Made by a program: the position numbers and the translations under genes. Positions 38,542-48,029 of a DNA stretch of 64,000 nt are shown one piece after another (positions within the stretch are counted from its first letter, which is position 1; each line of letters begins with the position of its first letter). The DNA is from Candidatus Babeliales bacterium (GTDB lineage Bacteria; Babelota; Babeliae; Babelales; UASB340): NCBI GenBank assembly GCA_041650475.1, contig JBAZLD010000004.1:36044-100043 (forward strand), in the 5' to 3' direction. The notes beneath the pieces were generated by a model, which worked only from the letters and a program-made list of their open reading frames with translations, made no database searches and was not told where the DNA came from.

Positions 38542-39137
38542 ATTTTATTTTTTATTAATTTTACAAGTTCTTGAACGGTATTCTCAAAAATTTCGTTGGT
38601 AACATTATAATCAAATAATTGTTCCTGATTTCTAGATTTTGCAGCTTCTTCCATTTCTTTTTGAGCCATTTCTAATCGATCTTCTATTTGTTTTTTATTC
38701 AAATCTTTTCGAGCTATAAGTCTAATTTTCAATTCTTTGATTGATGGTGGATTTATCCAAATAAAGATTGCATCTTTGTATATATTTTTTATTCGTTTTG
38801 AACCCTCAAGATCTGTAACTAAAATAAAAGATTCGCCTAATTTAATTAAATCAAGAATATATGCTGGAGAGCCATAGTTATTTCCATGATATTTTGTAGT
38901 TTCTAAAAAAAAATTATCTTTAAATTTTTGTTCAAATTCTTTATGTGAAACAAAAAAATAATCTTTTTTATCTGTTTCACCCGGTCTAGGGGGTCTTGTT
39001 GTATATGTTATTACTTTTGATATTTTATAATCTTCTTTTTGCAATCTTTTAACTGTTTCATTTGATAAAGTGGTTTTTCCCGCTCCTGAAGCAGCAGATA
39101 ATACAAAAAGCTTGCCTGATTTTGCATTATTTTTCAT
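38538..39137 (-). CDS. gmk: Guanylate kinase
   Basis: SAASGAGKTTL, TTRPPRPGETDKKDYFFVS. Confidence 0.93.
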   Translation of the reverse strand: MKNNAKSGKLFVLSAASGAGKTTLSNETVKRLQKEDYKISKVITYTTRPPRPGETDKKDYFFVSHKEFEQKFKDNFFLETTKYHGNNYGSPAYILDLIKLGESFILVTDLEGSKRIKNIYKDAIFIWINPPSIKELKIRLIARKDLNKKQIEDRLEMAQKEMEEAAKSRNQEQLFDYNVTNEIFENTVQELVKLIKNKI

Positions 39138-39239
39138 AAAATTTCCCTTTTTTTAAAGATTTAATACACTCTTGATTCATAAAATTTAGCTTTTTATTAA
39201 TCTACATGTAAAGTGTTTTTATACAAGGATATAGAAATT

Positions 39240-40604
39240 ATGAATATTAAGTTTATTTTTCTTTTTTTATTGGGTTTATTTTTTGTTTATAATATCAGTT
39301 TTACTGGCAATATAGATATAGAAAATCTTTCTTTGTATAAATATTTAAAAAATTTAGATAAAACCGAATATAAAGATATTAAATTTCAGATAGATAAAGC
39401 TTTAAACCTCTTTAGTTCTCTTCATGCAAAATTAAACGATAATCATTTTTTTTGTAATTCTAATCGAAAAATTATAAATATGTTTCTTGATATATGCCAA
39501 GATTTAAAAAATTTTGAGCAAATTAAGATAAGAGATTTGCGAGCATTAAGATATAAAGTTTTAGATTTTGATAATTATCTTGCAGATTATAAACATATTA
39601 TAAGAATACCTAAGTTAAGTGAACAAGAAGTTCAGTTTATGGCTGATTTGAAAGCATTTAACAAAAATTTATTAGATTTTTTGCTTAATAGTAGTTTTTT
39701 AAATGCAAATTTTGATGAAAAATTTGTAGATCTATTTTTTTATAGACCAAGAGATTTTGTATGTAGGCATAAATTATTTTTTGGAGTTACTACTTGTTTG
39801 GCCGCATCTATTTTAGGGTCTTGTATTGGTTACAAATTATTGAATTGCAAAGATTCTGGACATATAAGCAAATATAAAGATTTTACAATACAGCTGAGAG
39901 CCACACCACAATCAGGAGCAGAGTGTGGTCTTCATGCTATAAAAAATGCTTTAATTTTTAAATTATTTGATAATCAAGAAGATATTGAAAAAATGCTTAA
40001 AGACAAAGATTTTGAGAATTATTTATTAAAAATTTGCAGAGAATATGTTTTGCAGATTAGAGAAGAAGAATGCGTAAGAGCTTTGCCTAAAATTCAAGAA
40101 AGAATCGATGTTTTAAAAGCTCAAATCGAAACAGGAATTTTTGATAAAAAATTGAGCAAAGAAAAAAAATTAGAATTAAAAAAAGAACAAAATAATAAAA
40201 AAGATTTAGAGCGAAGACGAGGTAATACTTCATGGCTAGATGATGGAGAAATAAGCAGGTGTATTGATTATTTGTCTAGAGAACGTTCAGGTGATAATGA
40301 TAAAGATTTGTTTGATATACCAGCATTTGTTTTAGGATCGAGTAAAGAAAATAATGCACGTATATTTGAAAGCCTGAATTCTACTGATTCAGATAGAATC
40401 CCTAGAAAAATTAATTTTAAAATCAATGGTTCAGAATCAATTATAGTTCGTGATGGAGGACATTGGTTTGCAGCAAAATTAATTAAAGATCCAGATAGCG
40501 AAAAGGGCATAAAAATTATAGTTACAAATTCTTTATCTGGAAATCTTAAAAATAGCGAATCTTTGAAACAAATCGTTGATTGGTATTTAAATCCTGAAAA
40601 TTAA
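39240..40604 (+). CDS. Membrane-anchored Josephin-like cysteine protease (putative deubiquitinase)
   Basis: ORF track 39213 (GTG); the ATG at 39240 is preferred. Two hydrophobic segments, then PQSGAECGLHAIKNAL, GNTSWLDDGEISRCIDYL, DGGHWFAAKL and IVTNSL, matching the order of the Josephin Q/C, DD, H and N motifs. Confidence 0.55.
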   Translation: MNIKFIFLFLLGLFFVYNISFTGNIDIENLSLYKYLKNLDKTEYKDIKFQIDKALNLFSSLHAKLNDNHFFCNSNRKIINMFLDICQDLKNFEQIKIRDLRALRYKVLDFDNYLADYKHIIRIPKLSEQEVQFMADLKAFNKNLLDFLLNSSFLNANFDEKFVDLFFYRPRDFVCRHKLFFGVTTCLAASILGSCIGYKLLNCKDSGHISKYKDFTIQLRATPQSGAECGLHAIKNALIFKLFDNQEDIEKMLKDKDFENYLLKICREYVLQIREEECVRALPKIQERIDVLKAQIETGIFDKKLSKEKKLELKKEQNNKKDLERRRGNTSWLDDGEISRCIDYLSRERSGDNDKDLFDIPAFVLGSSKENNARIFESLNSTDSDRIPRKINFKINGSESIIVRDGGHWFAAKLIKDPDSEKGIKIIVTNSLSGNLKNSESLKQIVDWYLNPEN

Positions 40605-40626
40605 AATTTAGTAATAATAATTCAAA

Positions 40627-40690
40627 TTGACTGCGCCGTTAGGTGCAGTCAAAAGTGTGTTAGACCCTAGTGTTTACTAGGGTTTTATGT
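40627..40690 (+). terminator. Two consecutive hairpins; the second is a T-run terminator
   Basis: ttgactgcgcc-gtta-ggtgcagtcaa (40627-40652), then accctagt-gttt-actagggt followed by ttttatgtt (40664-40690). Confidence 0.65.
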
Positions 40691-40742
40691 TAAATTAATT
40701 AAAAATTTAATATTTATTTTTTAATTTTTAGGTAAAAAAACT

Positions 40743-42164
40743 ATGAATAAATTAGCCGATATAAATAAAGATTTTGCTCAATGGTATCAAGATGTTTTAA
40801 CAGAATCCGAATTCGTAGATCAAAGTCCAACAAAAGGATGTTTTGTATTACGTCCATATTGCTATGCTTTATGGGAAAATATGACAAAAATTCTTGATAA
40901 AAAAATTAAAGAAACTGGTACACAAAATGCCTATTTTCCGTTACTAATTCCTGAATCCTTCCTGAAAAAAGAAGCTGAACATGTAGAAGGCTTTTCTCCT
41001 GAACTGGCAGTTGTGACACATGCTGGTGGTAAAAAATTGGAAGAAAATTTGGTTGTGCGTCCAACATCTGAAACTATAATTTATTATATGTTTTCTAGAT
41101 GGATAAAATCTTACCGAGATTTACCATTAAAAATAAATCAATGGGCAAATATTGTCCGTTGGGAAATGAGGACAAGACCATTTTTGAGAACAACAGAATT
41201 TTTGTGGCAAGAGGGCCATACAGCTCATGCGACAAAAGAAGAAGCTGGGCAAATGGCCAAAGAAATTCTTGAATTGTATAGGGATTTTGTTGAAAATTAT
41301 TTGGCAATTCCTGTAATTATGGGAGAGAAGTCAGAAAGTGAAAGATTTGCAGGAGGTGATCAAACACTTTGTATAGAAGGCCTGATGCAAGATGGCAAAG
41401 CTTTACAAATGGGAACCTCTCATGTTTTATTACATAGTTTTCCCGCCTCTTTTGATATAAAATTTCAAGATGAAGATGGTCAAGTTAAAACACCATATTG
41501 CTCAAGTTGGGGTGTTTCTACAAGAATGATTGGTGGTCTAATCATGACACATGGTGACCAAAATGGCTTAATTATGCCTCCCAAAGTTGCACCAATACAA
41601 GTGGTTATTGTGCCTATCTATAAAACTGAAGATCAAAAAGAAATTGTTCTGAATAAAGCAAAAGAAATAAAAACAAATTTATTAAATAAAAATATTAGAG
41701 TTGAATTAGATTTAAGAGATCAATTAACTCCTGGTGCAAAATTTTATGAATGGGAAATCAAGGGTGTGCCTCTAAGAATAGAAATTGGACCTAAAGATAT
41801 AGAAAAAAATCAAGTTGTTTGTGTTGATAGAGTAGAAAAAAATAAGATTTTCATAAATATTGAAGATATACAAAACAAAATAGATTCTATTTTATCTGAC
41901 ATACAAAATTTAATGTTTAAAAAAGCTCAAGAAAGATTGCAAAAAAATTGGCATCAAGCAGAAAATCTTGGAGATTTTTCTCAAAAAATGGCAATTGATG
42001 CTGGTCTTTATCAAACAGGCTGGTGTGGTGCTGCTGAATGTGAAGCAAAACTTAAAGATTTTAAAGGCTCAATTAGATGTTTGATTAAAGAAAAAAAACA
42101 CAAATCTTGTTTTTGTTGTGACAAATTAAGTAAAACAGATATTGTAATTGCAAAATCTTATTAA
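40743..42164 (+). CDS. proS: Prolyl-tRNA synthetase, archaeal/eukaryote-like type
   Basis: Class II motifs (FRPTSET-like VVRPTSETI, RWEMRTRPFLRTTEFLWQEGHTAH). No bacterial INS editing domain. C-terminal Cys-rich domain ending in Tyr (AKSY). Confidence 0.9.
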   Translation: MNKLADINKDFAQWYQDVLTESEFVDQSPTKGCFVLRPYCYALWENMTKILDKKIKETGTQNAYFPLLIPESFLKKEAEHVEGFSPELAVVTHAGGKKLEENLVVRPTSETIIYYMFSRWIKSYRDLPLKINQWANIVRWEMRTRPFLRTTEFLWQEGHTAHATKEEAGQMAKEILELYRDFVENYLAIPVIMGEKSESERFAGGDQTLCIEGLMQDGKALQMGTSHVLLHSFPASFDIKFQDEDGQVKTPYCSSWGVSTRMIGGLIMTHGDQNGLIMPPKVAPIQVVIVPIYKTEDQKEIVLNKAKEIKTNLLNKNIRVELDLRDQLTPGAKFYEWEIKGVPLRIEIGPKDIEKNQVVCVDRVEKNKIFINIEDIQNKIDSILSDIQNLMFKKAQERLQKNWHQAENLGDFSQKMAIDAGLYQTGWCGAAECEAKLKDFKGSIRCLIKEKKHKSCFCCDKLSKTDIVIAKSY

Positions 42165-42194
42165 TATTAAAAAAATATAGTTTTTATTAAATTT

Positions 42195-43133
42195 ATGTCA
42201 CAAATTTTGAAAGAAGATTTAGATTTAACAACTAACTTTCATACTTATCTTTTGACAGAAAAAAGGGTAAGTAAAAATACTTTTTTTGCTTATAAAAAAG
42301 ATATAGAGCAATTTGTTTTATTTTTTAATGAAAATAAAATATCTTTAGATTCTTGTAATAAAAATCACTTAAAAAAATACCTAAAATTTTTAAATGATCA
42401 GAATTTGTCCGCAAAAACGCTTTCAAGAAAAATTTCTGCCTTAAAAAGCTTTTTTAAATTTTTAAATGAACGTTTTGACTTTGAAAATAAAGCAAAAAAT
42501 CTTATTTTTCCTAAAATAGAAAAAAATTTACCTACTTATTTGACAGAAAGTGAAATACAAAAATTGTTTGGAATTGCAAATAAAGATGAATCTTTAAAAG
42601 GCCAAAGAAATAAGATAATGCTTTATTTACTTTATGCTTCAGGAATGCGAGTTTCTGAGCTTGTTGCATTAACAGTAGATCAAATACACTTTGATACAGG
42701 ATTTGTATTTTTGACAGGTAAAGGCAACAAGGAACGTTCTGTGCCATTGCCTGTTAATATTTTAAATTTATTGCGATATTATTTGGATAATATTTATTTA
42801 AAATTATTGCCGGAAAATTCGGGTGAAAAAAAATATCTTTTTTTTTCGGTTTATAAAAATATTATTAAGCCAATTACAAGGCAATCTTTTTGGATAATTT
42901 TAAGAAATATTTTGAAAAAAGCTGATATTTATAAAAATATTTCGCCACATAGTTTAAGGCATTCTCTTGCTACACATTTATTAAAAAATGGCGCAGATAT
43001 AAGGTCTTTACAAATTCTTCTTGGGCATGAAAATATCTCAACTGTGCAGATTTATACACATCTTGAAAAAAAACAGGTTAGAGAAATTATGATAAAAAAC
43101 ATCCAAGGGCATGAATTTCTGTTTTTTTTATAA
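42195..43133 (+). CDS. xerD: Tyrosine recombinase XerC/XerD family
   Basis: ASGMRVSELVAL, HSLRHSLATHLLKNGADIRSLQILLGHENISTVQIYTHL. Confidence 0.85.
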   Translation: MSQILKEDLDLTTNFHTYLLTEKRVSKNTFFAYKKDIEQFVLFFNENKISLDSCNKNHLKKYLKFLNDQNLSAKTLSRKISALKSFFKFLNERFDFENKAKNLIFPKIEKNLPTYLTESEIQKLFGIANKDESLKGQRNKIMLYLLYASGMRVSELVALTVDQIHFDTGFVFLTGKGNKERSVPLPVNILNLLRYYLDNIYLKLLPENSGEKKYLFFSVYKNIIKPITRQSFWIILRNILKKADIYKNISPHSLRHSLATHLLKNGADIRSLQILLGHENISTVQIYTHLEKKQVREIMIKNIQGHEFLFFL

Positions 43134-43252
43134 AAATTAATTTTGATTTGTAAGTAAAAACCTAATTTCAGATAAAGTTGCAATATAGGCTAAATATTGG
43201 CTATTAGGTTGAAGATATATAAAAAAAATACAAATTAAGATATTATAACATA

Positions 43253-43292
43253 AAAAAGTACCACGTGATTAATTAATCACGTGGTACTTTTT
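43253..43292. terminator. Perfect 40-bp palindromic bidirectional terminator
   Basis: aaaaagtaccacgtgattaa/ttaatcacgtggtacttttt. Confidence 0.8.
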
Positions 43293-43302
43293 TATTATAG
43301 GT

Positions 43303-43668
43303 TTAAGCTTGATTAAATATTTCTTGATTAAAGAAAATAGAAGCTCCGGTGTTTATCCTGTTACGTTCTTCTTCAGATAATTTACTTTCTAGAGTTTGTT
43401 TTCTGTTAATTAAATCTTGAAGTTTTTTTTCAAGATTTTCGAGAGTTTGTTCTTTATGCTTGCTTAATACCTGGTCAGGTGTTTCGTTTTTGATTTTTTC
43501 ACATGAATACTCAATTTCAAGAATTTCTATTGAAATATCAAGAAAACTAATTTTATTATTTTTTTGTATTTTGCATTGCTCAGATTCCATTGGATAAACA
43601 TTAGTTAAACTAAAATAAGATGCTATTAACATATATGACAATAAAATGTATTTTGAAAATTTGTTCAT
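43303..43668 (-). CDS. Hypothetical secreted protein
   Basis: Signal-like N-terminus (ILLSYMLIASYFSLTNVYP). No family recognised. Confidence 0.4.
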   Translation of the reverse strand: MNKFSKYILLSYMLIASYFSLTNVYPMESEQCKIQKNNKISFLDISIEILEIEYSCEKIKNETPDQVLSKHKEQTLENLEKKLQDLINRKQTLESKLSEEERNRINTGASIFFNQEIFNQA

Positions 43669-43761
43669 AAAAACCCCAATAAAATATTAATAAAGTATTA
43701 ATGTTATAAAGCTAAAAAGTTTAATAAAACTAATACTGAAATGCTATAAAGTCAAATGATT

Positions 43762-45924
43762 TTATTCTGGTTTTGGGTAGTTTTCTAAAATTTCAATTAT
43801 TTCAGAATTATTAACTTGTTTTGCTACATCTAATGGAGTTTGATTATATGAATTTACTGCGTTAATATTGGCTCCTCGAGATAAAAGTTTTATAAGACAT
43901 TTTTTGCATTTATTTGCAGCTGCTACATGTAAAGGAGTTTCTCCATCATTGTTTTTAGCCTCTATACCTGCATGTTGGTCTAATAGTTCTGTAAGGCATT
44001 CTATATTATTATCACTTGAAGCAAGGTGCAAGGGTGTATCTCCATCAATATTTTTTACGTCAAGATCTGTATTATATCTTAATAATAGGCGAATAATTTC
44101 TTTTGATCGAGCAGCATGTAAAGGAGGATTAAGGTATATTTCTTTAACATTAACATCTGCTCCATGGTGTAATAACATTTCTATGTATTCAATATTATCT
44201 TCTTGTGATATAGCAGAGAACAGAATAGTTCTTTCATAATTATCATGAACAGGCAAGTTAATAATAAATTTTTTTATTTTTGAATAATCTATAATATTTT
44301 GGCCGTTATTATCTTCTTTATTTGGATTAAGCATATTATACAAATTTGAATCTATTTTTTTTATTATTTCTGAATATTGTTGCCAAAACAACTTACTTTG
44401 TTCTGTAAGATAATTATCAAATAAAATCTCATTATTTTTTTCATCTTCTTCTGGAAATCTAGTCAATACTGCACCTTCAAGTTCAACTTCTAGCATAACT
44501 TGTGTGAAAAATGTGTTAGCATTAGGAAAATTATGCAAATTAGGTAACATATCAATCCAAGGCTCTCTTCGCCATTCTTTTTTTGCAAATACAAATACAG
44601 TTTGTCTCCATTTATTAATAGCATTAATATTGGCGTTATGCGCTAAAAGTTCTTCAATAAATTCTATTTTTTTATAAAAAATAGCCATATGTAATGGTGT
44701 TTGAACATGATTATCAACAATATTAATATCAATATTAGAGTTTCTTAAAAGTTCTCTAAATCTCTTTATATTATTTTCTAAAATTGCTAAATGCAGGTCG
44801 GATGATCCGTTTTTTTCTAAAAAATTTGTGCTTAATAAAATTTCATTTGAATAGGAACTTATGTTCTTTATAATGTGTACATTTTGTGCAAGAAAATTTT
44901 GAAAATTTTCTTCCAAAGAAATATTGGAACAATCTCTTTTGTCAAAAAAATATGTTCTTGAATGAAAATTTTCACCTTCTCCATGTAAGCCTACTAGTGT
45001 CATTAAAGGTGCTACCCAAAACAATTGACTTAAAACGTCATCTGGATTTAAATACTTTCTTTTTTCTACAAAGACAGCATAAAGTATCTTTTTTTTGCAT
45101 ATTAAAGATCCAACAGATGCACCTTTATCAAAAATAATTCCGGATAAAAACGAGTTTCCGTAAGATAAGTATGAATTAGCAGGAAGTGAAATGTTATCTT
45201 TATCTCCCTTTATTATTTTATCTAAATAATTTTCATATCCATTTGTGGCTCTATATAATACAAATGAATTTTTTTGTATAGCTTGAAATTCTATATCTAT
45301 TATAGATTTTATTATATTTTTAAACTCTTCATTTATTTGTATATTTCCACACTTGTTAATATTTGAAAGTTGATCAAAAATAGTTTTACAATCTTCTATG
45401 TTTATCTGTTTGTTATTTAAATTAATAAAATTTTTAAGATTTTCGATTATTAGATTATTAAGGCATGCATGTGTATTTATAACTATTTCGTCTTTATTAA
45501 CAGGATATTCTGATTCATCAAAATCATAATGCTCGTCACCATTTTCAGTTGGCCGAAATATTTTTTGTAAATTGGGATCAGTTTGATAGTTAACGTAAAA
45601 AAACCATTCATAAAGAATAGTTGGTAGAAAAATAAGGCGAAGCTGCGGATTTATTTCTTTTAATTTTTGCTCAATAAAAGCTTGCTCATTTGATAAAAGA
45701 TTATTTTTTTCTTGTTCGCAAAGCTGATTAAAGGCTTGATTATTATGCCAAGTGCAAACTGGAAATTGATAACTTAATAGAGTGTTATAAATTTGATTAT
45801 ACATTTCTCTTGGTGGAGCTTGAAGAGTTTGTCCGTCATTGAACACAATAATATATTCAGCGGGTGTGTAAGAAAAATAAATTAAAAATGCAGTGAATGC
45901 GTAAAAAAATTTTTTAAACGACAT
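43762..45924 (-). CDS. Secreted ankyrin-repeat protein with a large unknown N-terminal domain
   Basis: Signal-like N-terminus, about 370 aa without a recognisable family, then two ANK blocks (GSSDLHLAILENN..., HHGADVNVKE...DGDTPLHLASSDNNIECLTELL...DGETPLHVAAANK...). Confidence 0.8.
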   Translation of the reverse strand: MSFKKFFYAFTAFLIYFSYTPAEYIIVFNDGQTLQAPPREMYNQIYNTLLSYQFPVCTWHNNQAFNQLCEQEKNNLLSNEQAFIEQKLKEINPQLRLIFLPTILYEWFFYVNYQTDPNLQKIFRPTENGDEHYDFDESEYPVNKDEIVINTHACLNNLIIENLKNFINLNNKQINIEDCKTIFDQLSNINKCGNIQINEEFKNIIKSIIDIEFQAIQKNSFVLYRATNGYENYLDKIIKGDKDNISLPANSYLSYGNSFLSGIIFDKGASVGSLICKKKILYAVFVEKRKYLNPDDVLSQLFWVAPLMTLVGLHGEGENFHSRTYFFDKRDCSNISLEENFQNFLAQNVHIIKNISSYSNEILLSTNFLEKNGSSDLHLAILENNIKRFRELLRNSNIDINIVDNHVQTPLHMAIFYKKIEFIEELLAHNANINAINKWRQTVFVFAKKEWRREPWIDMLPNLHNFPNANTFFTQVMLEVELEGAVLTRFPEEDEKNNEILFDNYLTEQSKLFWQQYSEIIKKIDSNLYNMLNPNKEDNNGQNIIDYSKIKKFIINLPVHDNYERTILFSAISQEDNIEYIEMLLHHGADVNVKEIYLNPPLHAARSKEIIRLLLRYNTDLDVKNIDGDTPLHLASSDNNIECLTELLDQHAGIEAKNNDGETPLHVAAANKCKKCLIKLLSRGANINAVNSYNQTPLDVAKQVNNSEIIEILENYPKPE

Positions 45925-46111
45925 TATTAAGCCTCCATTTCATTTTAATAAAATATTATATTTACTTATTTATTGTATATAAATATCTTATTAAATAATT
46001 ACAATTAGTCAAATTTTAATAAAAAATATTGAAAAATAGTTAAAATTTGATAATAAAACGTATTTTCACGGGTTTAAATTACAGAAAATATAAGTATCTA
46101 TGTTGTTGAAT

Positions 46112-46738
46112 TTATTTCAAAACTTTTCCCGTCATATGTGCCCAGAGAATTAGATCTAAGCGATCTAAAGGCATTTCAAAATTTTTTAAAATATTTTCTA
46201 TATAAAAATATTTTTTTGGTGTAATAGTTTTTGGAATCTCTTTAATAAAATTATTTTGGTACAAAAATCTTAAAATGTGACGATCTATTATTGCAACATC
46301 ATGATAACCAACGTTGCGCAAAAAGTGTGAGCCCTCTTTATAACCAAGACCCTTGATATTGTTTGCAAGAAAATTTCTAGCCTCAAAAATACCCATATTT
46401 TTTTCTATTTTTGTTACTATATCTTTAATTTGCATAAATTCACGTGCTAAAAAAATATATTTTGCTTTAGTATTATGAAATCGGTGTCCACGTTTTTTTA
46501 TTATATAGGCGATTTCTGTTTGTGTTTTTTTTGAGAAACCTTCTTTGTCCATTTCAATTTGGATATTAATAGCTGTCTGAGCTTTTGAGTTTGCTGTGAG
46601 TAAGCAAAAACACAATTCGCTGAACCAGGTTATGTTATCTGCTTTATTAAGTTTTGCAAAAAATTTTAATTGAACGTCAATTTGATCTTTTAAATTTTGA
46701 TCTAAATTTTTTAATATTTTTTCTAAAAGTTTTTTCAT
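46112..46738 (-). CDS. ogg: N-glycosylase/DNA lyase, Ogg2 (archaeal-type 8-oxoguanine glycosylase) family
   Basis: HhH-GPD-type GLGYKEGSHFLRNVGYHDVAIIDRHILRF. 208 aa, typical of Ogg2. Confidence 0.75.
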   Translation of the reverse strand: MKKLLEKILKNLDQNLKDQIDVQLKFFAKLNKADNITWFSELCFCLLTANSKAQTAINIQIEMDKEGFSKKTQTEIAYIIKKRGHRFHNTKAKYIFLAREFMQIKDIVTKIEKNMGIFEARNFLANNIKGLGYKEGSHFLRNVGYHDVAIIDRHILRFLYQNNFIKEIPKTITPKKYFYIENILKNFEMPLDRLDLILWAHMTGKVLK

Positions 46739-46867
46739 ATTAATTATTATATTATTTTTACAATAATTTAATTTTTTTGTTTTGCTAATTAAATTCCATG
46801 TTTTATAATTATACGAGTCAATATATTTTACTTAAATTATTTTTTTTAACAAATAAGAAAGAGCAGT

Positions 46868-48007
46868 ATGAATGGTAAATTTAATATAGCACAGAAAGAT
46901 TTAATTTCGTTGTTATCTTCTATGCAACCTATTTGCAATAAACGTACAGCCCTAGATGTTACGGAATATATTCTTTTTCAAATAGCACCCAAAGAACTCA
47001 TTTTAAAAGCTACAGATTTAGAAGTTAGCCTTCAATCAAACATTACAATATCTAGCGATTTATTAGATAATGTAGATTTTTTAATTTCAGGAAAAAGAAT
47101 TTTTGAATTAGTTAAAGAATTGGAAGGTGAGATTGAGTTTACAATTCAAGATAATCAATTGAATTTAAAAGCAAGTGGAGTGGAGCTGGCACTAAATATA
47201 AGAGATAAAGAAGATTTTCCACCATTTCCTGAACGTATAGAAAATTTAATGCAAGTTGATTCTACCTTTTTACTTGATATGATTTCTAAAGTTGCATTCT
47301 TAATTCCACAAAGTAATTCGAATGCTGCACTAAATGGAATGCTTTTAGAATTTACAGATCAAGGTATGTGTATGGTAGCAACTGATGGACACAGGTTATC
47401 AAGAATAAAAACCGATAAATATAAGTTAGCAGAAGAAAAAAAATGGTTATTACCAAAAAGAGCAGTTTTAGAATTAAAAAAAATTTTAGAATCTACTTTG
47501 GTAGAATCAATTTTTTTAGGAGTTTGTGGAAATCAATTGGTCTTTTCTGGCACAAATTTTAATTTTTTTACAAAATTAATTTCTGATTCATTTCCTCATT
47601 ATTTGCCTGTTTTACAAAAAGATGATTTTATGCCCGCTATTGTAGACAAAGAAGCCTTTTTAAAAACTTTAAAGAGAACGAGTTGTCTTTTAGGTGGTCA
47701 ATTTCTTGCTACAGATTTTAGTTTTCAAAAAGATATAATATATGTAAGTTTACACAATAAAGAAGTTGGTAAACTAGATGAATCAGTTACATTACAAAAT
47801 TTTACTGGAGATTCTTTTAAAAGCCAGTTTTATTCACCATACATGCTATCTGGTTTGCAAGTTTTTCCTCAAGAAAAACTACAGTTTTATATAAAGAGTA
47901 ATACAAAGCCAATAATATTTGAGGCTCAAGAGGATAGTTATCAATTAACTTATCTTGTAATGCCGGTTTCTTCTACCCAGGGACAACAAGAACAAAATAA
48001 TAATTAA
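46868..48007 (+). CDS. dnaN: DNA polymerase III beta sliding clamp
   Basis: Length and three-domain pattern. ATDGHRLS motif (VATDGHRLSRI). Confidence 0.9.
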   Translation: MNGKFNIAQKDLISLLSSMQPICNKRTALDVTEYILFQIAPKELILKATDLEVSLQSNITISSDLLDNVDFLISGKRIFELVKELEGEIEFTIQDNQLNLKASGVELALNIRDKEDFPPFPERIENLMQVDSTFLLDMISKVAFLIPQSNSNAALNGMLLEFTDQGMCMVATDGHRLSRIKTDKYKLAEEKKWLLPKRAVLELKKILESTLVESIFLGVCGNQLVFSGTNFNFFTKLISDSFPHYLPVLQKDDFMPAIVDKEAFLKTLKRTSCLLGGQFLATDFSFQKDIIYVSLHNKEVGKLDESVTLQNFTGDSFKSQFYSPYMLSGLQVFPQEKLQFYIKSNTKPIIFEAQEDSYQLTYLVMPVSSTQGQQEQNNN

Positions 48008-48029
48008 GTATAATTGGGTAGGTAATTAA

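Noticed and set aside
42195-43133. Tyrosine recombinase as a possible marker of an integrated mobile element.
   Set aside because: The sequence fits chromosomal XerC/XerD. There is no adjacent tRNA, direct repeats, phage genes or cargo genes.
44970-45260. R-S-ExE-like spacing in the N-terminal domain of the 720-aa ankyrin protein (LYRATNG ... SYLSYGNS ... HGEGENF), suggestive of an ADP-ribosyltransferase.
   Set aside because: There is no true STS motif, the residues after ExE are not the usual hydrophobic pair, and the spacing is only approximate. This is too weak without a profile or structure search.
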